The notes under the pieces are model-generated. The model did no database searches. It was not told the origin of the DNA and saw nothing but the letters and a program-made list of their open reading frames with translations. This document shows, in pieces, positions 18,295 to 33,867 of a stretch of DNA of 64,000 bases (position 1 is its first letter; every line of letters begins with the position of its first letter). The stretch is from assembly GCF_009914755.1 (NCBI RefSeq), contig NC_060926.1. One strand, written 5' to 3'. Made by a program: the position numbers and the translations under genes. The stretch is from the human T2T-CHM13v2.0 reference genome, Homo sapiens.

Positions 18295-19189
18295 TAAATG
18301 AACAACTATTACATTTCTAATAAAGGGAAAAAATTGGAACTGTCAGCTTGTGAATCTCATCCTTCCTTACTAATGCAGATCCAGAATCAAAGAGAAAAAC
18401 ACAGTCTTGGTTCTGGATCTGCCAATCTTTGGATTAAGGAATAATAAATATCAAAAAGATAATGTACTTTGCTTGAATCTAAAATAAAATGGAGGATAAA
18501 ACTTTGACTCAGCAAGGAATAACAGTCATAAAGAAAAAAGGCACAAAAGAGATTTTTCCAGAAAATGCATGTAAAGAAAGGGAAAGGAAAAAGGGCCTAG
18601 GGCTTAACCCTTGATTAAACCCATGTTCCAAGCGAAGGCTAAAGTATCTTTAGGAAAGACAATGTGGGAAAGGCCAAAAAGTTTAATGATGAGAGAACTA
18701 ACTGCAGGTAAGGGTGTGAAGAAACAGGCACCTTCATAAGTTGTATTGTAAACTGTATTATAATAATATTGGTTCCTCTTTACAAGGACCCAGGAAAGAA
18801 AATATTTTAACATTAGAAATAGTTGTGCTTCACCTGAGAAACTTGTTGAATCTTAAGGAATATGAAAATTATGTAATTAATCTTACTTCTGTCTTTACAT
18901 TTGGCTGCTTTAACGTTCAGTGCTAAATCTGTACCCCTGCAATTAACTACAGAAATATATGGCACGTTTTATGTATTAATTTCACACCTGCCTTTGTCTT
19001 GTTTCTTATTTTGTGGTGTTAAATATAATTTTTATACTGCCTTAATGTAATAGGGTATGATATAAAGGTTCAGATATAAAATAAAAATGGTACACTTTGA
19101 AAAAATATGAAAAGACCCTTTTAAGATATAAAATTTACGTAAGATAAAATCAACTCAGGGAAATCCAGTTAAAAGCCAAATAGAGCTGT

Positions 19190-19340
19190 ATTTTTATACT
19201 GTACAAAAAAATTTACACTCTTAATGTAACTAGATACATCTAAGGGTAAATTACACATCTCTCAAACACAGTATTTTAACATCTAAGATATGTTTCTGCA
19301 TTGCAGACTGATACTGAATTTTATACATCTTTATTTACAA
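19190..19340 (-). terminator. Candidate distal polyadenylation signals of HYCC2
   Basis: AATAAA (plus-strand tttatt 19330-19335) and variant TATAAA (~19193-19198), each with nearby UGUA motifs and U/GU-rich sequence downstream. Confidence 0.5.
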
Positions 19341-22300
19341 TAACTTAAAATATTTTTTCATCTCTGGCAGATATTTACAAGGTCAACAGTGACTACATTT
19401 CACATTTCAACAATCAACAGCATTAATCGGTTCATTAAGACAGGATAATGGCTTACATGCACCAATAAATATGATCTTAAATTCACGGTTTTTTCTTCAG
19501 CTCTGAAAAAATGAAGGTTGTCACTAGTCCTAGGTTGAAAGGACATCACTCAATACAAGTCATAATTTCTATATGCCTATCCTATTTAAATTTTCACCAG
19601 CACTATTCTCTAAATACTTGGGAAGTTTATACCAAGTTATAGGTTGATGCTAGTTTAAAAAAAAAAAAAGAGCTGATGTGTACATTCCATATCCTTTTAT
19701 GAAGCAAACATATGAAAGTGAGATAGTTCTTATTTAATATCATTGTGACAGAGATCAGATTACATAATGCCAAAGTAGTAAAAATCCTTCAGAAATTATA
19801 GCTCAGGAGACTCAAATTATCATGAGAAAAACAGTGGGAAAATAATTTTTGCACCCTAAAAACTGTTTCACTTAACCACTTAAACTGAATGTAAAGCCAG
19901 AATAATTTTAGAGTAAGAATAAAAAAGATTCAGTGTCAAGTAGATGAACTTATTACAAATATTTTTAAACATGGAGCATATCTCTCAATTCAGTATGGAT
20001 GATAAAACTTAAAAACAAACAAACAAACCCCCCCAAACCCAAACCTGTATCAGTGATTGTTAGAAAGCCAATCCTCTCTTTCCAAGACAGCTAATCAATA
20101 TACTCATTACTTTTCAACTACTCCCTGCTATAAAAAACAATACATAAAACCTGTTTGGAACATCAATATGCAAATACATTCCATGATTTCCAAAAAAAAT
20201 TATTTAACTTTTGAAATAAATCATTTAGTTCTTATTGGGCTATACATTTTAAAAAAATGAGTATTTTAGCTTTTCTTAACCCAATCCTGTTTTTCTGCAA
20301 AGAAAAAAAACACTCAGAATGATCATGGACATAAATTATTTAACAAACTTTACCAGTTTAACCAATATTATAGTAATTGCCACTGCCCTTTAAAATAGGT
20401 ACATTTCCATAATGCCCCCCTAAATTTTACTTAACCCACAATATTATACAATATACCAATTTTAGGAATTTCCCCCTTTTTATTCAATCCTGATGAGTAG
20501 GATCCTTAATTTAAGGAGACCAGAAACTGTGCTATGAGGAATAATATTTAGATTTAGCTTTAACGGGTACTTTTGCTGGAAGTGTAAAATATTGACATTT
20601 ATTGACATAAGAAAACCTAAAATGGAATCTTGTAGCTACTGTAAACCTATTTTCCAGGTCAGAGAATATTTTTAAGATACTTTATATGTTAAAGAGGCCT
20701 CATTCCTTAACAAGTACTTTAAAAATTATATTTGGTAGATACATTTTCTTTGGTAAATTTTGTAATCAATGAAGATGTAAAGAACTTCCTTTGATATAAT
20801 TAACACTGAGCTGTTTATACTCAAATACAGCAAACCATATTGATATCAATTCTGTAATTGGGGATGAGTTGTCCAATTAAGTTCATTTCTTTGAAAATAA
20901 AAGGATTTCTTTATTAGCCCTACTTCCAGATACACATTTTTAAAAAGACTCATTTATACTCTAAGCTACACCTAATTCCATTTTTTTATCAAATCAATAT
21001 TAAACATAATAGCAGACATCTGAATATGCCTTAATTTGTAAACATGATTAGCACAATTTCTAAAAATCCAGAAGCAAAACATATACCTTACATTTCTGTA
21101 CTATGCTGCCAGTTATTTCACATCATTCCCAGCTTTCTGCTAATTTCTATCCTGAATTGTTTGCTCTTATGTACATTTCTCATAGGACTATGGCTAAGAT
21201 TACAAAAATACTGAAAAGACTGAAGTTACCAAAATGTTGTACTTGTGTGGTCAGGTTCAGAAGAAATATGCCTACACAGGCAAGGAGGTTGGGTGGTGAT
21301 GACTCCTCTATGAATAGTATTTTCTATATATGCTCAGTACCAGTATGATATACCTATTAGGTACACATAATGCAAGTAATACTAAAATTTGTCTTACATT
21401 ATCAATATGACCATCTTGGCAGGGAAAACTGTACCAATCTGATGACTCATAATTTTATTAGCATTGTTAACAGTTTTACACTGCATTCCATCTGCTTATA
21501 ATCTGGCAAATATTCTAATTTCTAATTGGTTTTCAAACAACTTGTTTCTAAAAACACTTTAAAAAAATTAAAGTATTACAAGTAAGTGTCTCAACCAACT
21601 TAGTGGTAAAACGATGACAATAATCTTCAACTTGAAAGAAAAAGTCTCATGTTCAGACTGTTTAACATAGCTGTACATAGAAAAATTGCTCTAAAATTCT
21701 TACAGATTTTCTGATCATTGGCATGACCCGTTAAACTTTTTAAAGCTGAAAACAAAGATGTAACTGAAATACTGATTAAAAAAGGAAAAACCCAAAACAT
21801 ACTTTGTAATCCAAGGTCAGAAATGGACAGATATTCCTTGCCAGTGTTTGTAATAAATAGGGGACTACCCCTAAAGACAGGTACTACATTTTTTATTTAC
21901 AAATGAACATGCAGAGATTTAAACGAGACAACTGATTGTCAACAACTGAAGTACTCAAAAATGGACTCCACTTCATTAAAATATTCACAAAAGTGGTGCA
22001 AACAAAACAATCTGAAAGAAGTTATTCTCAGTATTCCAGTGTCTAATAAACAATTTTAATTAATTTAAAGCTACTAGATGGAATCTGAGAATACAGACTG
22101 GAAATACTGAGCTTATATAGCTGAGACTACCGCATTTAAGACATTTTATATGGTATATACACACTTTAAATGACATCATGGTCACTGTTCCATTATGGAA
22201 TCATAAGCTTCACACTATAGAACCTTTTTCAATCATATAAGGAAATATTGCTTGCATTTGCTCTAAGCATAAGATTCAGTCTCTTTCTACATTAAAAAGT

Positions 22301-23015
22301 AATGGAATCAAATTTATTTAATCTTTACTTTGCAATACTCTATTGTGCAATATAATTAGCTTGCCACACTGGTGACTGAAAGCTGGCTGACTCAAAAATT
22401 ACTTTAAAATAACTAGAAAACACTGATCAAAGCCATTTCACAGGGTTTATTTTATATTTAAATAAATCCCAACAAATGTATTCAACTATAAAATGGCAGC
22501 ATACAACTGTTATGTGGCAGAAAATAGTAAGGCATAAATTAGAATAATGTATTGATCCTTACATCTGTAGATATACTTAACATTTCCAACATTTCCCCAT
22601 CTAGATTACTCTACATTTTTTCTGGATTTAACACTTTTCTTAATGTGTTGTATTCACCAACTACTAGACCAGAACTATAAAGAAACTGCAAAAATGGAGT
22701 TAACAACCCACTGCCTCCCCAAACCCATGGGAGACTGGGTTTGATTCTGGCTCTGCTTTAGGTATATGATCTTGATCACACCACAACCTCTGAGCCTCTG
22801 TTTCTTGAGGATGAAGGTTGGGGTGAGGGAGTGGGAGACTAGCTAGATTATCTCCAGGGTTTCTTCTTAGCACAATTCTGATTCTATAATAAATAGACAA
22901 AAGTGAATTGGAAAGGTAAGGGGAATGGTAAGGGGTAAAGTTAAGGGGATCAGGATTTTAAAATAACGATTTTCCCCTTAGCTTCTTAAAATATTTTCAC
23001 ATTTAAAAATCTTCA

Positions 23016-23303
23016 GGCCAGGTGTGGTAGTTATGTCTGTAATCCTAGCACTTCTGGGAGGCCAGGTGGGTGGATCTCTTAAGCCCAGGAGTTCGAGACC
23101 AGCCTGGGCAACATGGCAAAACCTCGTCTCTACTAAAAATACAAAAATTAGCCAGGTGTGGTGGTGCATGCCTGGAGTTCCAGCTACTCCAGAGGCTGAG
23201 GTGGGAAGATCACCTGAGCCCAGGGAGGTTGAGGCTGCAGTGAGCCGTGATAGTGCCACTGCACTCTAGCCTAGAGGACAGAGTGAGACCCTATTTCAAA
23301 AAA
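23016..23303 (+). mobile_element. AluJ-type element in the HYCC2 3'UTR (antisense to the mRNA)
   Basis: Full dimer; TSD-like aaatcttc. Confidence 0.9.
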
Positions 23304-23889
23304 TTCAAATCTTCTGAGTTAACTATTCACTTTGCATTTTAGTTTGCTTTCTAGTAATTAATGTCAGAGCGAGCTCCCAAAACCTTCAGCTGTTTCTTTG
23401 TATTCTTTTATCCAACTTGGCATACATGGCACCAACCTAATTGTTTTATTACAGAAAACAAGTATTTTCTCCCTAAATATCTTTTTCATAGATGATTAGA
23501 CTTTTATGGAGATTAGAAAATATATAACAAAAGCTTGTTAAAAAAGTATGAATATTGCTGGCATATATCTGTAACAGCTGTTGTATACATGAAACAAAAC
23601 TATTTTAAATTAAATGCCAAAAATAATGCATGTTAAAATGCATATTTAAAAACTTAGAAAATTTGACTCTCAGTTTGTTAAACTAACACCTTCCATTTTA
23701 ACTAATAATAATTCTTGCACAAGAAATCTGTTGTAAGACCCTGAATGCAAGGCTTAGACTAAATGAAATGTTTCTTCACTGAGGTCAATTCACATCACCT
23801 AAAAGAATAGAAAACAAATGTTACAGGGTCATAAAATGTTAATGTGGGTATGTATACATACAAACATATATGTATATACATACAGATAA

Positions 23890-24220
<331 letters not shown>

Positions 24221-24707
24221 AAGATGAACATTTTTTAAAACCAATTTTTCAGGTATAACATAAGATTTCTAGCCAAAGGAAAATTTTGTTGTATTAATTC
24301 TAACATTTGCTGTGATTTGGTATTATGTGGTATTTCTTTTGTGCTCTAACCAAAATCATGCTAGATTTAGATGCCAATAAATGCACAATTTGAATTGAAA
24401 ACAGTCTTTTTACCTCCCAAATAATTTATGCCATAAAGTGACTGACCTCCAGCCATAGCCAAGATCTCACTTTCTTTTTTATTTTTTATTTATTTTTAAT
24501 TTTTTTTTAGATCTCACTTTCTAGGTAAGTATAATGTTCCTTTCCTTACATACCTGAAACTGCCTGTTTTAGTATGTTATGGGCCTTTATAGCTCATTTA
24601 TTTTGGCTATTTTTAAACTCCTTTCATTTATTTGACATCCCTTAAATTAAAAGAAAGGGTATTTAAAATATTTAAAATACAACTTTGTGATATATACATA
24701 TACACAC

Positions 24708-24710
<3 letters not shown>

Positions 24711-24748
<38 letters not shown>

Positions 24749-24752
24749 ACAC
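24711..24752 (+). repeat. (CA)n microsatellite, read as (UG)n in the HYCC2 mRNA
   Basis: Seen directly. Confidence 0.95.
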
Positions 24753-26715
24753 AAAACAATAAATTGTCTACTTATCAACTTTTAGCTTTACCCTGGACTT
24801 TGGCAATGTTGTAGATACTAGTTCAGGTTCTAGTTTTCCATTTTCACATGAGCTGGAAAAATGTTACAGACCACCATATTTAAACAAGCATCTCATATAT
24901 AAAGAGTCTAACAGAAAGTCTCTTAGGGAAAAAAGAAAGTCCTTACAATAAAAACGGGAGGATTGCTAGGTGTGAAAAAAAAAAAGGCGTTTTTTCTGGT
25001 TATTTATCAAAATCTATTGTAATTTTAATGGTAGAGATAAAATTTTAACTTTTGCTAATTAGGAGAATACTTGCTTTCTATAAATTCAGTATATTTTTCT
25101 TAAACAATAATCAAGTAAAAACATCTAAATGTACAAAGCACTGATAGCTCTGATGTATTCTGTGGAAGGATAACTTATAACAGTTTAAGTCACAATACAC
25201 TTTTTTAAAACCCAATATATTCCCTTCTTTTTCAAACATCAGAGCCTGAGACCCAGAAAAGTTATGATAAAATCTTATCCAACCAGATCAGAACTAAGGA
25301 AATTTTTTTTACCAATAATGTTTTTGTAACCTCTTAGCAGTTACCAAATGCTACTTACATACATTCAACATCTAGCTTACTGGCATGATATCAAAGTTTT
25401 ATAAAAATGAGGAACTGCAGATATATGATTAGAAGGTACACAAATTGCATTACATTAAACACAAAGGCAGTGTGGTCCTTGTAGGAGAAATCAAGGTCAG
25501 TACCCCCTGGTAGAAATGTTCTATAAAAATGTGTCACATTGAAGTATCAGTGTTTCAGCCAATTGTCTGTCCCTGATATATTTCCTTGGAGTATGTAATG
25601 TATCAGGACTTTAGGTTTCTTAATCCAAAATGTCTGACTGAATTTAGGTACATCTAGAAAGCAGCTGAAAGGGTTTCTCTTATAGTCTGACATAACAGAA
25701 AGTAGATTGAGAAATCCCTCTCTTTACCTGAAGATGTACTGTTACACTTCAGCCATCAGCTCACAAAGGAAAAGAAGAAAAAAAAATCAAATCTCCTCTC
25801 ACACACACAATCTCCACAAAAGCTAAACAAAAACTACCCCCCGCCCCCACAAAACCCCAGCACCAAAGTGTCAATCATTCCTGGGAAATAGAACATGCCC
25901 CTCAGATTCTGATTTGTTAGTTGGCCAAACTTGAAGGACAGAAATGACCTTATATGTCCTTGTGGGGAAGAGGGAAGACACGTTAATAATGACTATACAG
26001 CCATTGAGAAAGTGCATTATCAATTACACAATCAAGAGTCCTGCCCTCCAATGGAGGTGGTCACAACTTGATTTAAATGCCTCCGTAATTGAACATTTAT
26101 GTCTTCGGGATAAAGGAGATGGGGGGGTGGAGAAAGAGCTACCCTCATTTTAATGAAAAAGTGCAGCAGTCTACCACCTTTCCCCATGCTTCTCCAGAAA
26201 ATGATTGCACAGACTCAGAGAAGTCCAAAGTCATAGCAGAATCTCTGAGGCACTCCTGGTTAAGAGAAAAAAATATGATCCAGTAATCTTCATAGTTCTA
26301 TAGATTATGAGAACAAACCCGTTTTGTTTTTAAACAAAAGCCAAAGAATCGTTTCATAGGGATCATATACACCATTTCCTCTAATGTACCCTCAGTCTCA
26401 CAGTGTTGAAATGGGACCGATCAGCCTACGATGGATTGCACATCACCCAAGGAGAAAGGAAGGCATGGAAAAGGCAACCATTTTATACTGCTTCACAAAC
26501 ACATTTACAAGGGATAGGTGAAGAGAAGATGTAGGAAAGAGGGATAAAGAAAACCTTATTGCTGTTTTGATACAAAATACAGTATGAAGATACCTAAACT
26601 AAATGAAATCTGATAACAGTGACCAATATTTTCACAATGTGGGATGAAGTGTCTTCTTGCACAATGAAATGTTCAGTTTAAAAGGTAAGCAGAAAGATGA
26701 GGGAGGATGTCAAAA

Positions 26716-27330
<615 letters not shown>

Positions 27331-28138
27331 TCAGACAGACTCAGCAATAGCTAAATTAAATAAGAAGCAGCTGTGAATAACAACACTGACCTTATCTCTT
27401 GGGCAATGTTCGCTATAGGTTGTCAATGGCCCTACTATCAACACTTCCCCTAAATAATTTAGGGGAAATCTTAATCTACACAGAATTCTACTATGCTAAT
27501 AGATGTTAGTTTAGCTTTATTTAGTCCAGTTTTTGTACAACTATCCACAAACATATCTAGTATACTGTCAATATTTAGGCATGTAAAACGACTAGGTAAA
27601 ATACAACAGTTTGTTAACATAAATTTTTATAATACACTATCATTCTTCTTCTGAAATGACCATATCTACCTACTGGAAAAAAAAAAAAAAAACTTTTCCC
27701 CTCATACCTTCTTTAACCCACCATAAGATGTGCAAAAGAGACCCTCTTCTAATTCCAGTTATCCAGAATTATACCAAAAACCCATTTATGCTTACAGGCC
27801 AAACTCTTTTTAACTATAATAAAATTTTATATTTACTCAGTGGTTGGTTAACTGCTTCTATATGGTTTTAGAACCTTTAACATGGAACTAGCAAATTTTT
27901 TAAATAACTCAAAACTATATTGCTTCTGTAACTTCACAGTCATATTTTGTCTATGGCCTTTTCTACTCACTGGTTTCCATATTTTGATCAATTAATGTGA
28001 AGAAAATATCAGAGAGCAGTGGTAGGGAACCAGCAGGGGTATTTAAGGATTTATATTTTCTATATGGTATGTTTTGATAATATTTTATGTAATTATTTCT
28101 ATATTTTAGATTCTTAGTATTGAGATGTATTGTCATAA

Positions 28139-28561
<423 letters not shown>

Positions 28562-29465
28562 TGAGCTTGCAGTTTACAGAAAGCCAATTCTCTTACTGAA
28601 AGTATGATGAATATTCTCTTAGAAAGTAATACATTTGCTTCTTTCAATAACTCATATTGGTTTGCTACCTATTAAATACATTTTCCAGACTTCTGTAAAG
28701 TTTAATCTGAATCTACAAAACAGATATCAACATTACAGGTAAGGTAAAAATGTTAGGAAAGAATCTAAACAAATATTAGAGATATAGGTTACCTAAGCAA
28801 AATATATACAAAATATTTAAACACAATCTTTTATTTAACATAGCACCTGGAAAAATAAACTATTTACTTAGCTATATTTACTCATATGGATTATTTTCTT
28901 CCTTCTAAAGAATGAAATAAGCTATCCTTAAAGCAAAAGGCACCTTATTATATCCAGCAGTTTAATAATCTTTAATCATCATGCAAAGCCATATGAAAAT
29001 GCATTTACTAAGAACAGTAGCAGCTGACACCACTTCTCTCAACCTCTTCAAAAGAACTGTATATAATGTACTTTTATAATGTACCTCAAAATAAAAACTT
29101 TAAATTATATTCATATGATACATTTTAGTAATTTACTTACAATTAGTATAAAGAACTCCAAAATGCCCAAGAAAGGATAGTTATTGGGTCAGAATTGATA
29201 TTAGTGATATAAAACTGGGAGTGAACAGAAATGTATCATTAGGTATATTTATTAGGAAAGGAGACTGAGAGACTTAGTGCTAGCTTCTGAATCTTGCTAC
29301 ATGCAGATCTGATGCCCAAGCAATATGGCCATAAAAAAGATGATAACATAAAAGCCACCATGCAAGAGAATCTACTGATATTTTATATACTAAGAAATGC
29401 TTAGTATATATAATGGAATACTGATTGTACTTTAATCACAGGTATTATCTTCAGTTTAGTAATAA

Positions 29466-29609
<144 letters not shown>

Positions 29610-32600
29610 TAAGCAGCTGGGACTACAGGCATCTGCCACCATGCTTGGCTAATTTTTGTATATTTTGTAGAGATGGGGTTTTGCCATGTTGCCCAGGCTG
29701 GTGTCAAACTCCTGGGCTTAAGCAATCCACCTGCCTGGGCCTCCCAAAGTGCTGATATTATAGGCATGAGCCATCGTGCCTGGCCAGTTTAGTAATAATC
29801 TTAACTCCAGCTTTAAAAGTCATAAATAGAATGTACTTGACAATCAGGAGAAAAGTAAGTGATGGGCTTATATTGTCCCTTCAATTTCAACATGTAATAA
29901 ACCCAATTTTAATTGTAAAATTATTTAAAGCCATCATAGCAGAAAACTAGTCAATAATCTATGTTAATCCAAAAGCTTGAGCAGAGTTCAGAATTACCAA
30001 GACTTTTCATAGGTTTTAGTAATTTCCTTTCTTCTGTTTAAAAAGCTTGGTGGGGTATGGTGGCTTACGCCTGTAATCCCAACATTTTGGGAAGCCAAGA
30101 CAGGCAGATCCCTTGAGTTGAGGAGTTTGAGACCAGCCTGGGCAAATGGCAAGATCTTATCTCCATAAAAAGTTAAAAAATTAGCCAGATGTGATGGCAC
30201 CCACCTATAGTCCCAGCTACTCAGGAGGCAATGGTAGAAGGATCACTAAGTCCAGGAATTCGAGGTGGCAGTGAGCTATGAATCTTAAGGAGGCTGGCTG
30301 CAGTGGGTCACACCTGGGGAGGCCAAGATAGGAGGATTGCTTGAGCCTGGGAGTTCAAGACTAGTCTGGGCAACATAGCAAGACCCCATCTCTACAAACA
30401 ATTTAAAAATTAACTGGGCATGGTGACATGCCTGTTGTCCTAGCTACTGAGAAGGCTGAGGCCAGAGGTTTGCTGGAGCCCAGGAGTCTGAGGTTACAGT
30501 GAGCTATGACTGTGCCACTACACTCCAGCCTGGGCAACAGAGTGAGACCATCTGGGGGTCGAGAAAAAACCCTCAAGAAAGAAAAAGGCAATTGTGTCTC
30601 AAAACATTTTTCCTTTGTAATTTTCTCCAAAGGTGATAACAATACCATTCATGGTCCAAAGAGGAGACATCTGAAATGGAATTTTTTTATTTTTTTTTAT
30701 TCCTTTTTGTATTTACACTGAACGCCAAGAAGCTATGAAATGGATTTTTAATGAACTTTTCTATTCATGGCTGACTTTACTTACACATTTGGCTTCTGTT
30801 AATACTGATTTAAAACTACAAATAGGCCAGGGGCGGTGGCTCATGCCTGTAATCCCAGCACCCTGGGAGGCTGAGGTGGGCAGATTGCTTGAGCCCAGGA
30901 GTTTGAGACCAGCCTAGACAACATGGCAAAACCCCATCTCTACTAAAAATACAAAAAAACTAGCCGGCTGTGGTGGCGTGCCTGTAGTCCTAGCTATTCC
31001 AGAGGCTGAGGTGGGAGGATCACTTAAGACCAGGAAGTTGAGGCTACAGTGAGCCTTGATTGTGCCACTGCACTCTTGCCTGGGCGACGTGAGTGAGATC
31101 CTGCCTCAAAAAAATAAATAAATAAAACTACAAATAATCTGGATTAAAAGGTAAAATAAGGAAACATTCCTCTTTCCTTGTGGCTACACCCTCTCCCTCC
31201 CTCCCCCAAATTGAAATTTTACCAGTGATAGATATTAAAATAGGATATTTTAATATTTTATAGGATATTAAAAAGGAACTACTATTTTGTTTCATTTGTT
31301 TCAAAGTGTATGACTCGATGTACTGGAAGGAATGCTTCAATCTAATCCCACACTTTCTGGAATTTCAGCAACTGTTGATTAACATAGTACTATATTTAGC
31401 ATAAATACTTCCAATATTCTAGCAATAGTAGTAGATAAGTGGCTCAGTCATTCAGGAATGTTCAGTTTAGGCCAACTCTGGGTTCCACATCTATTCATCT
31501 TTTTATTGTTATGTGTTTATACAAGATAAAACTTACTCCTAGGGATAATGTAATAAGATACAGGGGAAAAAGGGAACGCTGCCATCTTTCAGAGCCATTT
31601 AAAGGATCTCTCAAACAGCACCAACTTTTTTGGGTCCCTAGGTCATGCACATGCAACACTGTTAAATGAATTAAGGTCAATCTGGGTAAATGGGCAAGGG
31701 AACAGAGGGTAGATTTAGATTCTTACTGAGCATGCTCAAATTTCTAATGCACCAAAGAGCAAGAGTTCCCTATGGTGGAAATTAACTGCTTTATGTATGT
31801 TTGGTCTTTAAGTAAAAATATATAACCTCTTTTAAAGCTACTTGCTTGATTTCATAAATAAGTATAAAGGTTCCACAGTAGCAATACATTAAATAATTTT
31901 TAAAAAAACTGGCTACAGTTCCCTCTTTTACAAAGCTAAAAATTCCTACGGCATTACATGCAAAACAGTAAGTAAATACTTTTCCAACAAAGAGAAGCAT
32001 TCTTTTACAGATGGGGGTTCGGGGGGGAAGGGTATTAAAAAACCCCTCCATGTTGCGATACCTACATTGTAGAAATAAGGCTCTACTAGGATATCTGACC
32101 TCTAAATAGAATAATACATTTTAATTCCATTGAATTGAATACAACCATTATTTACAATAAATTGTAAAATGTACTGTGCATCAGGATAGCACATTTCTAG
32201 AAGGTATCAGTAGTTTACTAGTTAGGCCTAAGCAACTTAATCTACAGATGATAAAGCCAATGAATATCAGCATACTTTGTCAAAGAGCTGAGAAATTGTC
32301 CATTGAACACCATAGAATTACAGATAAATCAGCTGGCTCCACTTCAATGTCTTAATGATAATATGCTAATGTTTTAAAACTCTCTTCACAAAATTTTAAA
32401 GAATAAATTATTGTATAAATAAAATCATTCATATTGATGAATAAGGCTCATGTCCACTGGGTGCATTTTTCTTTCCTAATGTTAGAATAAACATGCTCAG
32501 TAATAAAAAAATTCCAAGCATTTGCAGACCTTTTGGAGACAGGACCCTGCCTTGTTAGTAGCCATGCCAAGCTGTTCCTTGATTACACAGGGATGCAGAC

Positions 32601-32810
32601 TCCAGGCCAGCACAAATAGTAACTAAAGATTGCACCTGACCTGGTGCTATGTATATGAGGAGGGAGGGTGCTTTGCAAAGAGAAGCTAATACACCCTGGG
32701 GTACTAGAAACACACATTAGAATGGAAAGATGCTCTGCTTGGGGATAGAGAGCCAGGATCCTTCTCCAGCAACTGCCTCACTGACTTCTGCCTCCTCATC
32801 TCTGTCCTAC

Positions 32811-32978
32811 CCTCTGTTGTGGCTGTTGCTGAGTTGGGCTCCGGCGAGCCATGCTCAGGGGTCCTGCGCACCAGCACCTCCCCCTCTTGCACACGTTTGA
32901 TCCCTAGGTCAGTGGAGCCGTGTTGGATCGGGGAGCCAGGAATACTCGAGTCAGCCTCGTTTGAGAAGTCAAAGCCAT
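32811..32978 (-). CDS. HYCC2: HYCC2 frame-preserving cassette exon, 168 nt (56 aa)
   Basis: Encodes (D)GFDFSNEADSSIPGSPIQHGSTDLGIKRVQEGEVLVRRTPEHGSPEPNSATATTE; phase 1/1. cccag|AT...GAGG|gtagga. It is a GC/CpG-rich coding-like stretch inside an AT-rich intron. Confidence 0.85.
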
Positions 32979-33546
32979 CTGGGATTCAACATATAACATT
33001 TTAGTGCTTTTATGCTGCTCTATTATTTTCTGAGCATTTTGACCCAGGCAGATAAGAGAATGTATATATGGATATGATATAAACACAAACACTATTTATA
33101 TAGTTACATGTGTGTGCATGCTGTGCACACACATAAGGCAGCAGATGAACAATGTGAGGTTTGCAAATGAATTAAGACAGAAAAATCAGGATCATTAAAA
33201 TGGCAATATCTCTTAGGCAAGACAGCTTGACTATTCAAGTACCATGTGTATGAAATACTGCTGGATTCAGCACTTACAAAAAAAGGAAAGGCAAAGATAA
33301 AAATCCAAAATCAAGAATAAATCATTTTATGAATAGCTTGCATTATACTGTTAGTTTGGCCAGTTATATAGTTTTTCCCACAGTGCTCATATGTGCACCT
33401 TTTTTTTTCCAGTATGGTAACAAGGTTAAAGCAACTTCTTTCCTATTGTTCTTATTTAGTTCAAAAAAAGACAAAATTTAACCTCATCTTATTTTGTTTT
33501 AATCTTTATACAGCAATCTAAACATCTATTTTATAAATACATATTA

Positions 33547-33867
<321 letters not shown>

